DNA of 64,000 nt from an uncultured bacterium (GTDB taxonomy: Bacteria; Patescibacteriota; Minisyncoccia; Phycocordibacterales; UBA9973), in contig CAITGV010000002.1 in the NCBI GenBank assembly GCA_903892035.1, forward strand, positions 65,714-129,713, read 5' to 3'. Positions 18,926 through 28,390 of the stretch are shown here, in pieces. Position numbers and translations under genes: made by a program. Each line of letters starts with the position of its first letter. Positions within the stretch are counted from its first letter, which is position 1. The notes under the pieces are model-generated. The model made no database searches. It was not told the DNA's origin and was given only the letters and a program-made list of their open reading frames with translations.

Positions 18926-19662
18926 AGATTTTCCAATAATTCCAAATTCTCTCGTGTATTCACCCCTAGAGCTTCCTTTGGATCAATTGCAACAGAACCA
19001 ATTTTCACTCCTTCACTACATGCCGCACCAATAAGATCAGTAAGATAGTATTCGCTTTGATTATTTTCATTTCTTATTTTATGTAAATTTGGCCACAACC
19101 ATTTTGCTTTAAAAACTAAATAACAAGGATTTACTTCTGTAATATTTTTTTGTTCATCTGTGGCATCTTTTACTTCAACTGTGCGTAAAATTTTTCCACT
19201 TTCATCTCGTAATACTCTCGAAAAACCTACAAAACATTTTCTCCAGTCATTAAAATCTGGTAGTGGCACTGTCGCCATTGTCATTTCATTTCCTTCTGAT
19301 AGATGAGTTTCGGCCATTTTTTTAATTGTCTCGACAGATGTGTATGGTTGGTCGCCATAAAGAACTAAAATATTATCTGCATTATCTTTTAAAATTTTTT
19401 CTGTCGAAAGTACTGCGTGTCCTGTACCTAGTTGCTCATCTTGAATTACGTAAATATATTTTTCCCCCAAAGCCTTCATAACCATTTCTTTTTTCTGTCC
19501 AACGACGATGACTGGCGTCTCACAAACACCAGAAGCTTCGACAGATTCCAATAAATGACCAATTAGAGTTTTACCTTTTAGGGGTTGAAGTACCTTTGGA
19601 ATGTCAGATTGCATCCTTTTTCCATGCCCCGCTGCCAAAATTACTATTTGTACTTTTTCCAT
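18922..19662 (-). CDS. GlmU-like nucleotidyltransferase (N-terminal domain only)
   Basis: ILAAGHGKRMQSDIPKVL, QLGTGHAV, EYYLTD, GVNTR; no acetyltransferase beta-helix. Confidence 0.88.
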   Translation of the reverse strand: MEKVQIVILAAGHGKRMQSDIPKVLQPLKGKTLIGHLLESVEASGVCETPVIVVGQKKEMVMKALGEKYIYVIQDEQLGTGHAVLSTEKILKDNADNILVLYGDQPYTSVETIKKMAETHLSEGNEMTMATVPLPDFNDWRKCFVGFSRVLRDESGKILRTVEVKDATDEQKNITEVNPCYLVFKAKWLWPNLHKIRNENNQSEYYLTDLIGAACSEGVKIGSVAIDPKEALGVNTRENLELLENL

Positions 19663-19801
19663 AAATAATTCCTAAATACTAGCATTTTTTGCCAAATTTT
19701 AGAAGTATTTTTCCTCAACTCTCACCTCTTTACAAATCCCCCACTTTTGTGTTATTATATCAATTCGTTAAATAAAATTCTTTCACAAAAAAACAAAAAA
19801 T

Positions 19802-20263
19802 ATGATTAAAAAATTGAAATTTATAGTCCTTGGACTATTTAGTGTGAAAACACCCGAAACCCAGATTAAAAAAAGTGTAATAAGAAATCCACTTATTATA
19901 AAAACATTAAGTGAAATTGAAACTGGTAAATTGCCAGATTCACCACTTGAAACTAGAAAATGCGTTACCGTGAAAGTATTCTGGCATGGTGATGAAAAAA
20001 TTTTCTTTAGATTAGCTGAAAATCCAATTTTCAGAGGTGACAATTCACTCACTCGTGAACAACATAGAGATATTGTTCACAGATTCATGGTGGAACTTGA
20101 AAGTTTTGGTCTCTACACTAGTGCTTACACTTTAATTGTAATTTTTGGAGGAATTATTGAAATAGATAATAATCTTAAAATTACAATTGTTGACGGAAGT
20201 GAGGGTTACCCTGATGCAGTGGACCTAAAAACAACAAAAAAACTATTGGGTATTTCTAACTAA
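19802..20263 (+). CDS. Hypothetical protein, Janus/Ocnus (PHPT1 phosphohistidine phosphatase)-like
   Basis: Motif order KCVTVKV...IFRG...HRDI...GGII...ITIVDGSEGY parallels PHPT1 (compared from memory). Confidence 0.55.
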   Translation: MIKKLKFIVLGLFSVKTPETQIKKSVIRNPLIIKTLSEIETGKLPDSPLETRKCVTVKVFWHGDEKIFFRLAENPIFRGDNSLTREQHRDIVHRFMVELESFGLYTSAYTLIVIFGGIIEIDNNLKITIVDGSEGYPDAVDLKTTKKLLGISN

Positions 20264-20283
20264 CCCAATACAATTAACAACAA

Positions 20284-20314
20284 GGGAACCCTAAGCTTGC
20301 GCGGGTTCCTTTTT
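20284..20314 (+). terminator. Intrinsic terminator
   Basis: GGAACCC...GGGTTCC stem followed by TTTTT. Confidence 0.6.
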
Positions 20315-20365
20315 GCATTTTTCTGTTAAAATGTTATAATCCACCGAGTGTTTTTAAGCAATTTT

Positions 20366-20437
20366 GGCCCTATCGTCTAACGGTTAGGACGGATCCTTTT
20401 CAAGGATTAAATCAGAGTTCGATTCTCTGTAGGGTCA
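20366..20437 (+). tRNA. tRNA-Glu(TTC)
   Basis: GGCCCTA/TAGGGTC acceptor, GATCC-TTTTCAA-GGATT anticodon arm, TTCGATT T-loop; CCA not encoded; TTGCAT-16-TATAAT promoter at 20313-20340. Confidence 0.95.
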
Positions 20438-20498
20438 CAAAATTTGACTACATTTTAAATGTATGTTAAAGTTCAAAAAAATTTAATACTACTCGAAA

Positions 20499-20972
20499 AT
20501 GAAAAAAATTATTCCGGATTATAGTGAGCTGTGGCTCATTATTTCCAAATTAAGACAAGAAGGTAAAAAAATAATTTTTACCACGGGCGTCTTCGATGCA
20601 GAATTGCACGAAGGACACCTGAAGTACCTCAAGCTTTGTAAGGAGCTAGGGGGAATACTTTTTGTTGGAATACATTCCGACAACCTTACAAAAGAAAGGA
20701 AGGGATTAAATCGTCCCCTACTTAATGAAAATATTAGGGCTAGAAATGTTTTGTCTGTGGATTGCGTTGATTATGTTTTTATCATTCCAAGTCAAGGAGA
20801 CGTTTACACGACAATTGATGATATTAAACCAGATATACTGGCAGTATCAGAGACCACAAAAGACTACGCAAATAGTCCGAAAACAATGATCAAATTGTTT
20901 GGAGAAGACATGGAAGTAATTACATTTCCTGCTCAATCAGACATTCACACTTCGGATTTATTTTCGAAGTAA
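20499..20972 (+). CDS. Cytidylyltransferase-superfamily protein (TagD/RfaE-II/RibL-like)
   Basis: TTGVFD..HEGH, VGIHSD, KGLNRP, VDYVF, KPDIL. Confidence 0.8.
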   Translation: MKKIIPDYSELWLIISKLRQEGKKIIFTTGVFDAELHEGHLKYLKLCKELGGILFVGIHSDNLTKERKGLNRPLLNENIRARNVLSVDCVDYVFIIPSQGDVYTTIDDIKPDILAVSETTKDYANSPKTMIKLFGEDMEVITFPAQSDIHTSDLFSK

Positions 20973-20992
20973 AATTTCCACCCACAATCATT

Positions 20993-21017
20993 AATGGCAC
21001 CCATCCTGGGTGTCATT
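20993..21017. terminator. Hairpin between convergent genes
   Basis: AATGGCACCCA-TCC-TGGGTGTCATT followed by a T tract. Confidence 0.6.
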
Positions 21018-21018
21018 T

Positions 21019-21468
21019 TTATTCCTCATTTTCGTAAAGTGGATGCAGATGCGCAGAGATACCGATTGCAGCGGCGATAATAACGAGGTTTTTAATTATA
21101 TATTGGCCTTCGAGAGTTGGCACCGCAAATGCTTGCCATGTAACTTCTGGAAGAAAAATAAGAGGCATAAAGGTAGTAATCATATGAATCAATAAAAGTG
21201 GCATTACAATACGTTCAGCACCTTTTACTAAAAATAGAATACCAATAAGTATTTCATATACACCAAAAAGAATTAAGAAGGTTGGAAAATCAATAAAGTG
21301 AATAGTTTTATTGAAAAGCTCCTCAACAAGACCGCTTGCTGGTGAAAGTCCGACAACTTTTAAAATCCCAAACCAAAAGAAAACAACAAAAATTCCAAAA
21401 CGTGCAATAGGTTCTGAGACCTTTTTAAAAAAATAAATAAGCTTTAAATCAATATTTTTCAAATTCAT
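21019..21468 (-). CDS. DoxX/YkgB-like membrane protein
   Basis: FFWFGILK, GVYEILIG, EGQYIIKNLV. Confidence 0.8.
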   Translation of the reverse strand: MNLKNIDLKLIYFFKKVSEPIARFGIFVVFFWFGILKVVGLSPASGLVEELFNKTIHFIDFPTFLILFGVYEILIGILFLVKGAERIVMPLLLIHMITTFMPLIFLPEVTWQAFAVPTLEGQYIIKNLVIIAAAIGISAHLHPLYENEE

Positions 21469-21540
21469 TCAAATATCATACCATTTTAGTTTTGAAATAA
21501 AAATGGTAATATCACGCAAGGTGACAATTTGAAGCATACT

Positions 21541-21627
21541 GGAGAGATGGCTGAGTGGTTGAAGGCACCGCTCTCGAAAAGCGGCAGGGGTGAAAGCTCC
21601 TCGAGGGTTCAAATCCCTCTCTCTCCG
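21541..21627 (+). tRNA. tRNA-Ser(CGA)
   Basis: GGAGAGA/TCTCTCC acceptor, CCGCT-CTCGAAA-AGCGG anticodon arm, long variable arm. Confidence 0.95.
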
Positions 21628-21659
21628 CCTTTGATTGCAGTAAATTTATTGTAGGCGAC

Positions 21660-22064
21660 TTATTTAAAGTTTATTATAAAACTATACATTCCCATTCCGC
21701 AGGTTCCATTTAAAGGTACTCCGGATTTTGGTATACCCAAATCAATGACTTCTTCACCAGTCTGTTTTAAAACCTTTCTATATCCGATTGAATTTATTGT
21801 TAGTGATGCAGAACAGTCATATGTGCCGTCGGTTTTAACAATTAATTTTGTCGGTATTCCACCTTGCGCATCGGTGACTATTGGTGAATAACCTCCTTTT
21901 GCTTCAATATTTATATATTGAACCCCATCTTTCATTGAAATATTTGGAAGAGTATTGGCAGTGTCAGCTGGATTTTTTTTATTCAACTTTGCTCCACCAA
22001 TAAAAATAATGCCTATAACTATTACCAACGCACTAGAAATTATAATTGACGTTGTTTTATTCAT
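21660..22064 (-). CDS. Cupredoxin-domain protein
   Basis: Likely start MNKTT at 22064; N-terminal TM, GGYSP, C-terminal CGMGMY; last gene of the copper operon. Confidence 0.85.
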   Translation of the reverse strand: MNKTTSIIISSALVIVIGIIFIGGAKLNKKNPADTANTLPNISMKDGVQYINIEAKGGYSPIVTDAQGGIPTKLIVKTDGTYDCSASLTINSIGYRKVLKQTGEEVIDLGIPKSGVPLNGTCGMGMYSFIINFK

Positions 22065-22065
22065 A

Positions 22066-23052
22066 CTAAATATTAAATAATGGATTAATAATACCAATAC
22101 CTGCAAGACCACCGAGTAAAGCAAAAAATCCAAGACCAATTACAACTATACCTGCTGATTTAAAAAATACTGGTGCATATTTTGAATGCGCAAAGGACAT
22201 AGATCCAAATGACAACAAAGAAAGAACTGGCAATGTCCCAAAAGCAAAAGCGAGCATTATTAGAAATCCTGAAGTAAATGTTCCACTACCAAGGGCTGCG
22301 ACTTGCATTGACTGAGTAAAACCACAGGGCAAGAAAAAAGTACCAATACCAATTATTATTGGTGCAAGAGTTGCATGTTCAACTTTCCTAAAAAATCCAA
22401 AAATATTACTAGGTAATGTAACTTTATTTTTCTTGAATACTCCGACAAGATTAAGCCCAAGCATTATCATTACAATAGATGCAAGAAGTCCTAGTATTGC
22501 GGAGAAAATAAAACTTACTCCAATTGCTTTACCTATAAAACCAAGCACTCCTCCAAGGACAGCGAAACCCAAAAGTCTACCCGCATGAAATAAAACAAAT
22601 TGTCTTTTACTAGTCTTTGCATTTTCATCTTGAGAAATTTTTGTAGAAAGTGAAAGTATAAGCCCACCAACTATTGCAAGGCAACTTGAGAGCGAAGCAA
22701 TAAGTCCGATAATAAATGCGGTTACAGGAGTCGTAGTGCCACCAATGCCAAGATTTAGTATTCCTGATTTTTGTAAAAGAAAAAATAAAATAAGAAAACC
22801 AAGACCTACAGGTATAGCTGTCCAAATAGTATTGTCGTTTTCTTTTTGGATATTTTTCTTAAATGAAACAATATATCCATTATTTTTTAATTCACCATTT
22901 AGTAGTAAAAGTAATTCTTCAGCATTTTTTTCACTTTCAACTTCAATAATTTCTTTCTTCAAATCCACCTTTGAATTCGGAACTATATCCTCAATCAAAA
23001 TCTTACACGACGCACAATGTGTCCCCGAAACATTAAATGTGTATTTGTTCAT
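22066..23052 (-). CDS. HMA domain plus DsbD_2/TauE-like membrane protein
   Basis: GTHCASC, SSCLAIVGG, FHAGR, LPCGFTQ, FAFGTLP. Confidence 0.85.
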   Translation of the reverse strand: MNKYTFNVSGTHCASCKILIEDIVPNSKVDLKKEIIEVESEKNAEELLLLLNGELKNNGYIVSFKKNIQKENDNTIWTAIPVGLGFLILFFLLQKSGILNLGIGGTTTPVTAFIIGLIASLSSCLAIVGGLILSLSTKISQDENAKTSKRQFVLFHAGRLLGFAVLGGVLGFIGKAIGVSFIFSAILGLLASIVMIMLGLNLVGVFKKNKVTLPSNIFGFFRKVEHATLAPIIIGIGTFFLPCGFTQSMQVAALGSGTFTSGFLIMLAFAFGTLPVLSLLSFGSMSFAHSKYAPVFFKSAGIVVIGLGFFALLGGLAGIGIINPLFNI

Positions 23053-23055
23053 AAA

Positions 23056-25320
23056 TTATATTTTCACTCCTTTAATTCTAAGTGAGTTCGACACCACACT
23101 TACACTACTAAACGCCATTGCAAGTCCTGCAAATACTGGCGATAAAAGCCAACCAAATATCGGGAAGAAAAGTCCTGCGGCCAAAGGTATACCTATTATA
23201 TTATATATGAAAGCCCAGAAAAGATTTTGCTTTATACCACGCATAGTTATCTTTGAAAGCTTGATTGCTTTTACGAGCTTGGAAATATCCCCTCCTAAAA
23301 GCGTAATGCCTGCTGACTCTATTGCAACATCGGTGCCAGTGCCCATTGCTATACCCACGTCAGCTATAGCGAGCGCTGGTGCATCATTTACGCCGTCTCC
23401 TGCCATAGCAACAACATGACCTTTTGATTGTAATTCTTTAATTTTTTTCAATTTATCGGCAGGCATTACATGTGCCACGACTTCATCAATTCCAACAAGC
23501 CCTGCAATATATTTTGCATTTTTTTCATCATCACCTGTAACCATAACTACCTTAATTCCAAGCTTATGCAGATCGGTGATTGCTTGCTTTGATTCAGCTT
23601 TTATCTCATCAGCAACCATTACAAAACCCAAAACCTCCTTCTTTGTTGCAAGAATTACTGGAGTCTTACCTTCAGATGTAAATTGTTCAATTTGTTTTTT
23701 ATCAAAATTAATTCCCAAACTTTCTATCAAATTTACATTTCCTGCGAAATATTCTACGCCTTCAATAGTTCCTTTTAATCCTTTACCAGATATACTTTCA
23801 AAATTTGAAATTTCTTTTGTTTGAATATTTTCTTTTTTTGCGTAATTTAAAATTGCATGAGCTATTGGATGTTCAGATTTATTTTCAAGTGACACTAGTA
23901 TAGAAAAATATTCTTGTTGAAGTTTGACTTCAACAACAGTTGGCTTACCGATTGTAATTGTTCCTGTCTTGTCTACTATTACCGTATCTACTTTATGTAA
24001 TTTTTCCAGAGTAGAAGCATCTTTTATTAAAATTCCTTCTTTCGCACCCTTACCGACACCCACAATAATTGCGGTAGGTGTAGCAAGACCAAGAGCACAA
24101 GGACAAGCAATAACCAAAACTGCAACAAAAGAACTTAGTCCATACGATAACGCTTGAGCAAAACCCATTGAACCACTTCCAAACAATATCCACATACCCA
24201 AAGTCAAAAATGCAATTACTAAAACAACTGGCACAAAAACTGCGGAAATTTTATCAGCAAGAGCTTGTATTGGGGCTTTTGAATTTTGCGCTTCCTCAAC
24301 CATTTTTATGATATGTGCAAGCATTGTTTCGTCTCCAACTTTTGTTGCTTTGAAAATAAAACTGCCAGTTGTATTTATTGTTCCAGACACAACACTGTCG
24401 CCCACTTTTTTCTCTGCAGGCATCGGCTCGCCTGTAATCATTGATTCGTCTATATATGATGACCCTTCCACCATAATTCCATCAACAGGAATTTTTGCGC
24501 CGGGTTTTATTATTATCAAATCTCCATGAACTACTTCACTCACGGGAATTTCAATTCCTGCCCAGTAGGAAGTACTCTTTCCTTCGGGGTCTGTGCCATC
24601 TCTAACCACACGAGCGGTCTTTACTTGTAAATTTAAAAGTTTTTCTATTGCATCTCCTGTTTTTAATTTTGATCTTGTTTCAAGATATTTTCCAAGGGCA
24701 ATAAAAGTTATGACAATAATAGTTACATCAAAATATGTATTAGAAACATTTGGAAAATTTTTCAAAAGTGTTTCTTCAAAGGCACCAACTATAAAACTAT
24801 AAATATAAGCAACAGAAGTTCCTATACCAATCAATGTGTCCATATTTGCTTTTCCATATCGCAAAAATCTATAAACTCCAAGTAAATAAGGTTTCCCAAC
24901 AACAAAAAGAGTGTAAGTCGCCATTACTGGCATTAAATGATGAAAAAATTCACTCCAGAGTAGTGACATAGGAGAAACAATATTTAATTGCGCAAAAATA
25001 TCCCAACCCATAATAAAAAAACTTATTATAGCTAGTGGAATAACAGAAAAAACTTTCACTTTCTTATTTTTCAATTCTATATATTTGTCATCTTTTTTAA
25101 TATTAATTTCCGAAGACGAAAGTGAGTAACCAAGTGGATTTAATTTATTATTTAAAATTTCTATATTCACATTATTATTTGAATAAATTTTTGCATTCTC
25201 TGTCCCTGGATTAACTTCAACTTTTTCTACACCATCGATTTTTTTGACAGTTCTTTCAATAATGCTTGCACAAGAAGCACAATGCATACCTTTTACTTTA
25301 TAAATTCTTGTATTATTCAT
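23056..25320 (-). CDS. copA: Copper-translocating P1B-type ATPase
   Basis: [39 protein letters not shown] and MAFSS motifs. Confidence 0.95.
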   Translation of the reverse strand: MNNTRIYKVKGMHCASCASIIERTVKKIDGVEKVEVNPGTENAKIYSNNNVNIEILNNKLNPLGYSLSSSEINIKKDDKYIELKNKKVKVFSVIPLAIISFFIMGWDIFAQLNIVSPMSLLWSEFFHHLMPVMATYTLFVVGKPYLLGVYRFLRYGKANMDTLIGIGTSVAYIYSFIVGAFEETLLKNFPNVSNTYFDVTIIVITFIALGKYLETRSKLKTGDAIEKLLNLQVKTARVVRDGTDPEGKSTSYWAGIEIPVSEVVHGDLIIIKPGAKIPVDGIMVEGSSYIDESMITGEPMPAEKKVGDSVVSGTINTTGSFIFKATKVGDETMLAHIIKMVEEAQNSKAPIQALADKISAVFVPVVLVIAFLTLGMWILFGSGSMGFAQALSYGLSSFVAVLVIACPCALGLATPTAIIVGVGKGAKEGILIKDASTLEKLHKVDTVIVDKTGTITIGKPTVVEVKLQQEYFSILVSLENKSEHPIAHAILNYAKKENIQTKEISNFESISGKGLKGTIEGVEYFAGNVNLIESLGINFDKKQIEQFTSEGKTPVILATKKEVLGFVMVADEIKAESKQAITDLHKLGIKVVMVTGDDEKNAKYIAGLVGIDEVVAHVMPADKLKKIKELQSKGHVVAMAGDGVNDAPALAIADVGIAMGTGTDVAIESAGITLLGGDISKLVKAIKLSKITMRGIKQNLFWAFIYNIIGIPLAAGLFFPIFGWLLSPVFAGLAMAFSSVSVVSNSLRIKGVKI
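24560..24590. repeat. Decayed palindrome inserted in frame in copA
   Basis: GCCCAGTAGGAA-GTACTCT-TTCCTTCGGGGT; encodes most of [13 protein letters not shown] between RDG and IEIPV. Confidence 0.6.
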
Positions 25321-25343
25321 ATATTTATAGTGAGATTGTCGAA

Positions 25344-25607
25344 CTATTTTCTTTTCAAACGATAGACCTTTAGTATTTCTTGTTTCGCTTTTACCTCTTT
25401 GCCTTTACGTATTTGATCCACAACACAACATCCGAGATGCTCTTCCATAAGCACATCTTCTACACCAGAAAGAGCCTGCTTTACAGCAGACGTTTGTGTA
25501 ATGACGTCAATACAGTAAATATCTTTTTCAATCATTTCTTGAAGTCCTCTCACCTGCCCTTCAATAATTTTTAATCTGCGCACGAGTTTCAATTTATTTT
25601 TATCCAT
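25344..25607 (-). CDS. csoR: Copper-sensing repressor CsoR
   Basis: [24 protein letters not shown]; start moved to MDKNK (25607). Confidence 0.92.
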   Translation of the reverse strand: MDKNKLKLVRRLKIIEGQVRGLQEMIEKDIYCIDVITQTSAVKQALSGVEDVLMEEHLGCCVVDQIRKGKEVKAKQEILKVYRLKRK

Positions 25608-25616
25608 ACTAAAAGC

Positions 25617-25637
25617 ATATACCCCCATAGGGTATAT
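25617..25637. promoter_or_regulatory. CsoR operator
   Basis: Minus strand ATATACCCTATGGGGGTATAT: TAC/GTA palindrome with C/G tracts as in Bacillus CsoR operators; overlaps a -10 (TATGCT) 6 nt before the csoR ATG. Confidence 0.85.
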
Positions 25638-25676
25638 GTCAAATAATAAAGCTGCTTTTTTATTTATATAATTAAA

Positions 25677-27119
25677 TTATTTTTCTAAAGTACAAATCTT
25701 CTTACTCAATAAATGACCGTTTTCATTTACATCATAAATTAAAATATTACAAAAAATCATTTCCACATTTTGAATTTCCTCATCTGAAATATTTTCAATA
25801 TATTTCATCAATGCTCGTATCGCATTACCGTGAGATACCATCAATACATTTTTACCGTCCTTCAGCAAAGGTAGTATTTTTTCCAAATAAAATGGAACTA
25901 CGCGATCATAAACCATTTTCAAAGTTTCTCCATTTGGTACTGGGTAGTCCCAGCCACGACGTAATTTTTCAAATTCCTCTTCACCAATTAATTTCTCTAC
26001 TTCCCATTTATTTTTCCCAGTATAATCACCGTAACTTCTTTCATTTAGTGCACTTACGTGCTCAGTAGGTACATCATACTGACAATCTTCATCTAAAATA
26101 CATGTTAGAGTTTCAATAGAGCGGACTTGCATAGAAGCAAAAGCGTAGTCAAATTTTACATCTTTAATTAATTTTCCCAATTCTTCAGAAAGCTCGAAAC
26201 CTTTTGGGGTAAGATGAATGTCTCGTGAGCCAGTCCAAAGTCCCTTTTCATTCCACTCCGATTCTTGGTGTCGTGCCACATACAATTTACCCATTTTTTT
26301 AATATTTTCACATTTATCTTCAAAACAAATCGTCAGTTTTTTATTGGGATGATTTTCACTTTCTAAGATAATTTTATTCATCATATCTACTGCTTCAACT
26401 GGATATTTCCCAATTGCCGTTTCTTCTGAAAGCATCACAGCACTTGTACCTTCGACAATAGCGTCAGCAACATCAGAAACTTCAGCTCTTTCCGGTGTAG
26501 AATTATTTGTCATTGATAACATCATCTCTGTTGCGACAATTACAGGAATTTTTGCTATATTTGTTTTTGCAACTATAGATGCTTGAATAAATGGAATTTG
26601 CTCAAGTGGTATTTCTTTACCCAAATCCCCTCTTGCGATCATTATAGCATCTGAAACCGCAATAATTTCATCTATATTATCTACAGCAATTTTTCTTTCA
26701 ATTTTTGAAATTAATTTAATTTTTCCAGCAAATTCCTTAATGGCATTTTTATATGAAATTACATCATCTGCAGAACCAACAAATGATGCAGCTACATAAT
26801 CAAAATTATTTTTTATACCAAAAGCCAAATGCTTTTTATCTTCATCATTTATAGTAGAACTTTCTGTCCTGTCGTATGTATGTGAACTATCTAACTGAAT
26901 TCGAGGACCTGGTAAATCTTGTAACAAAAATATTTTCTTATTGTATTTTTTTTCAACTTCTCGAATCATTTCAATTTGCTTCATTCGAGTCTCATCGTCT
27001 ACCCATGAAAAATTGAAGCGAACAATATCGAGCCCAGCTTCAACCATTTTCGAAAAAACCTCAATACTACTTGATGCTGGACCAATAGTAGCAATAATTT
27101 TAACTTTTTTATTTTCCAT
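25677..27119 (-). CDS. Fusion of a minimal pyruvate kinase barrel and a 2,3-BPG-dependent phosphoglycerate mutase
   Basis: PK motifs ATIGPAS, DLPGP, SKIE, ARGDLG, MLSEETA; PGM motifs ARHQESEWN, LNERSYG, SHGNAIR. Confidence 0.9.
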   Translation of the reverse strand: MENKKVKIIATIGPASSSIEVFSKMVEAGLDIVRFNFSWVDDETRMKQIEMIREVEKKYNKKIFLLQDLPGPRIQLDSSHTYDRTESSTINDEDKKHLAFGIKNNFDYVAASFVGSADDVISYKNAIKEFAGKIKLISKIERKIAVDNIDEIIAVSDAIMIARGDLGKEIPLEQIPFIQASIVAKTNIAKIPVIVATEMMLSMTNNSTPERAEVSDVADAIVEGTSAVMLSEETAIGKYPVEAVDMMNKIILESENHPNKKLTICFEDKCENIKKMGKLYVARHQESEWNEKGLWTGSRDIHLTPKGFELSEELGKLIKDVKFDYAFASMQVRSIETLTCILDEDCQYDVPTEHVSALNERSYGDYTGKNKWEVEKLIGEEEFEKLRRGWDYPVPNGETLKMVYDRVVPFYLEKILPLLKDGKNVLMVSHGNAIRALMKYIENISDEEIQNVEMIFCNILIYDVNENGHLLSKKICTLEK

Positions 27120-28371
27120 AATTTAAAATTATATTATTAATTTCCATTAGTCTATTGTATTTCGCTACTCGTTCACCTCTCGCAAGTGATCCAAATTTAG
27201 CTAAATCACAAGACAAACCTACTGCCAAGTCAGCAATAAATGTATCAGTAGTATCACCAGATCGGTGCGAGATAAAGGTCTTCCATCCAACCTCATTTGC
27301 AAATAAAATTGCATCTATAGTTTCAGATAGTGTTCCAATTTGATTTGGTTTTATTAAAGCAGAAGTGACTGAATTATTTTCATTTGCAATTTTCATCCTT
27401 GAAACATTTGTGACCAATAAATCATCTCCAACAATTTCTACTTTATTTAACAATTTATTTTTTAACTTTGCAAAACCTACAAAACTATCCTCTGCTAAAC
27501 CATCTTCAATGGTAATAATTGGATTTGTATTACATAGGTCCACATACCATTCAATTAATTTATCTTCATCCAAGACTTTATTTTCACCATTAATTTTAAT
27601 TTCATAATTACCATTTTTGTAAAAATTCGAGGCTGCTGCATCAATTCCAATTTTAATAAGATTTGTATTATAACCTGCATTATTAATTGCCTTTTCAATA
27701 TAGTCAAAAACTATTTCATTTGTCGCAAGTTTTGGGGCAAAACCACCTTCATCACCCAGACTTACTGCATAACCGTCTTTCTTTAATATTTTTTTTAACT
27801 CAAAAATGATTTCTGAAATTGCTTGAATTTTTTTATTAAAATCTAAAATACCTACTGCACCTATCATAAATTCTTGAATATCAATACCACTGTCAGCATG
27901 AGCACCACCATTTAAAATATTGAACATTGGTTCTGGTATTTTAAATTGATTTTTTTCAGCAAGAGAACCAAGATACTCAAATAATTCAATATTTTTATTT
28001 TTTGCAGAAGCACGAGCAAAAGCAAGGGACACACCAAGTATTGCATTGCTTCCAAGTCTTTTTTTGTTTACTGTTCCATCGAGCTCAATTAAAAATTTAT
28101 CTAAACTCCTTTGGTCAAAATCATGCCCTACAATTTTTTCTGAAATTTCTTTATTACAATTATCAACTGCATTTAGTACCCCTTTGCCACCATATCGAGT
28201 ACTATCACCATCACGAAGCTCCCAAGCCTCGTGTATTCCTGTACTTGCCCCAGAAGGCACAGACGCTGTGCCATTTACTCCATTCACACCGATATTTACC
28301 TCAATGGTCGGATTGCCACGAGAATCTATAATTTCCCTTGCATTTAAGTAGGTTATTTTTTCCATTCCCAT
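27109..28371 (-). CDS. eno: Enolase
   Basis: DSRGNPT, PSGASTG, GDEGGF, KPNQIG, SHRSG. Confidence 0.97.
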   Translation of the reverse strand: MGMEKITYLNAREIIDSRGNPTIEVNIGVNGVNGTASVPSGASTGIHEAWELRDGDSTRYGGKGVLNAVDNCNKEISEKIVGHDFDQRSLDKFLIELDGTVNKKRLGSNAILGVSLAFARASAKNKNIELFEYLGSLAEKNQFKIPEPMFNILNGGAHADSGIDIQEFMIGAVGILDFNKKIQAISEIIFELKKILKKDGYAVSLGDEGGFAPKLATNEIVFDYIEKAINNAGYNTNLIKIGIDAAASNFYKNGNYEIKINGENKVLDEDKLIEWYVDLCNTNPIITIEDGLAEDSFVGFAKLKNKLLNKVEIVGDDLLVTNVSRMKIANENNSVTSALIKPNQIGTLSETIDAILFANEVGWKTFISHRSGDTTDTFIADLAVGLSCDLAKFGSLARGERVAKYNRLMEINNIILNYGK

Positions 28372-28390
28372 ATTTTATCATAAAAATAAT

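Noticed and set aside
25608-25628. csoR start at 25628
   Set aside because: It falls inside the operator; the ATG at 25607 fits the -10 spacing.
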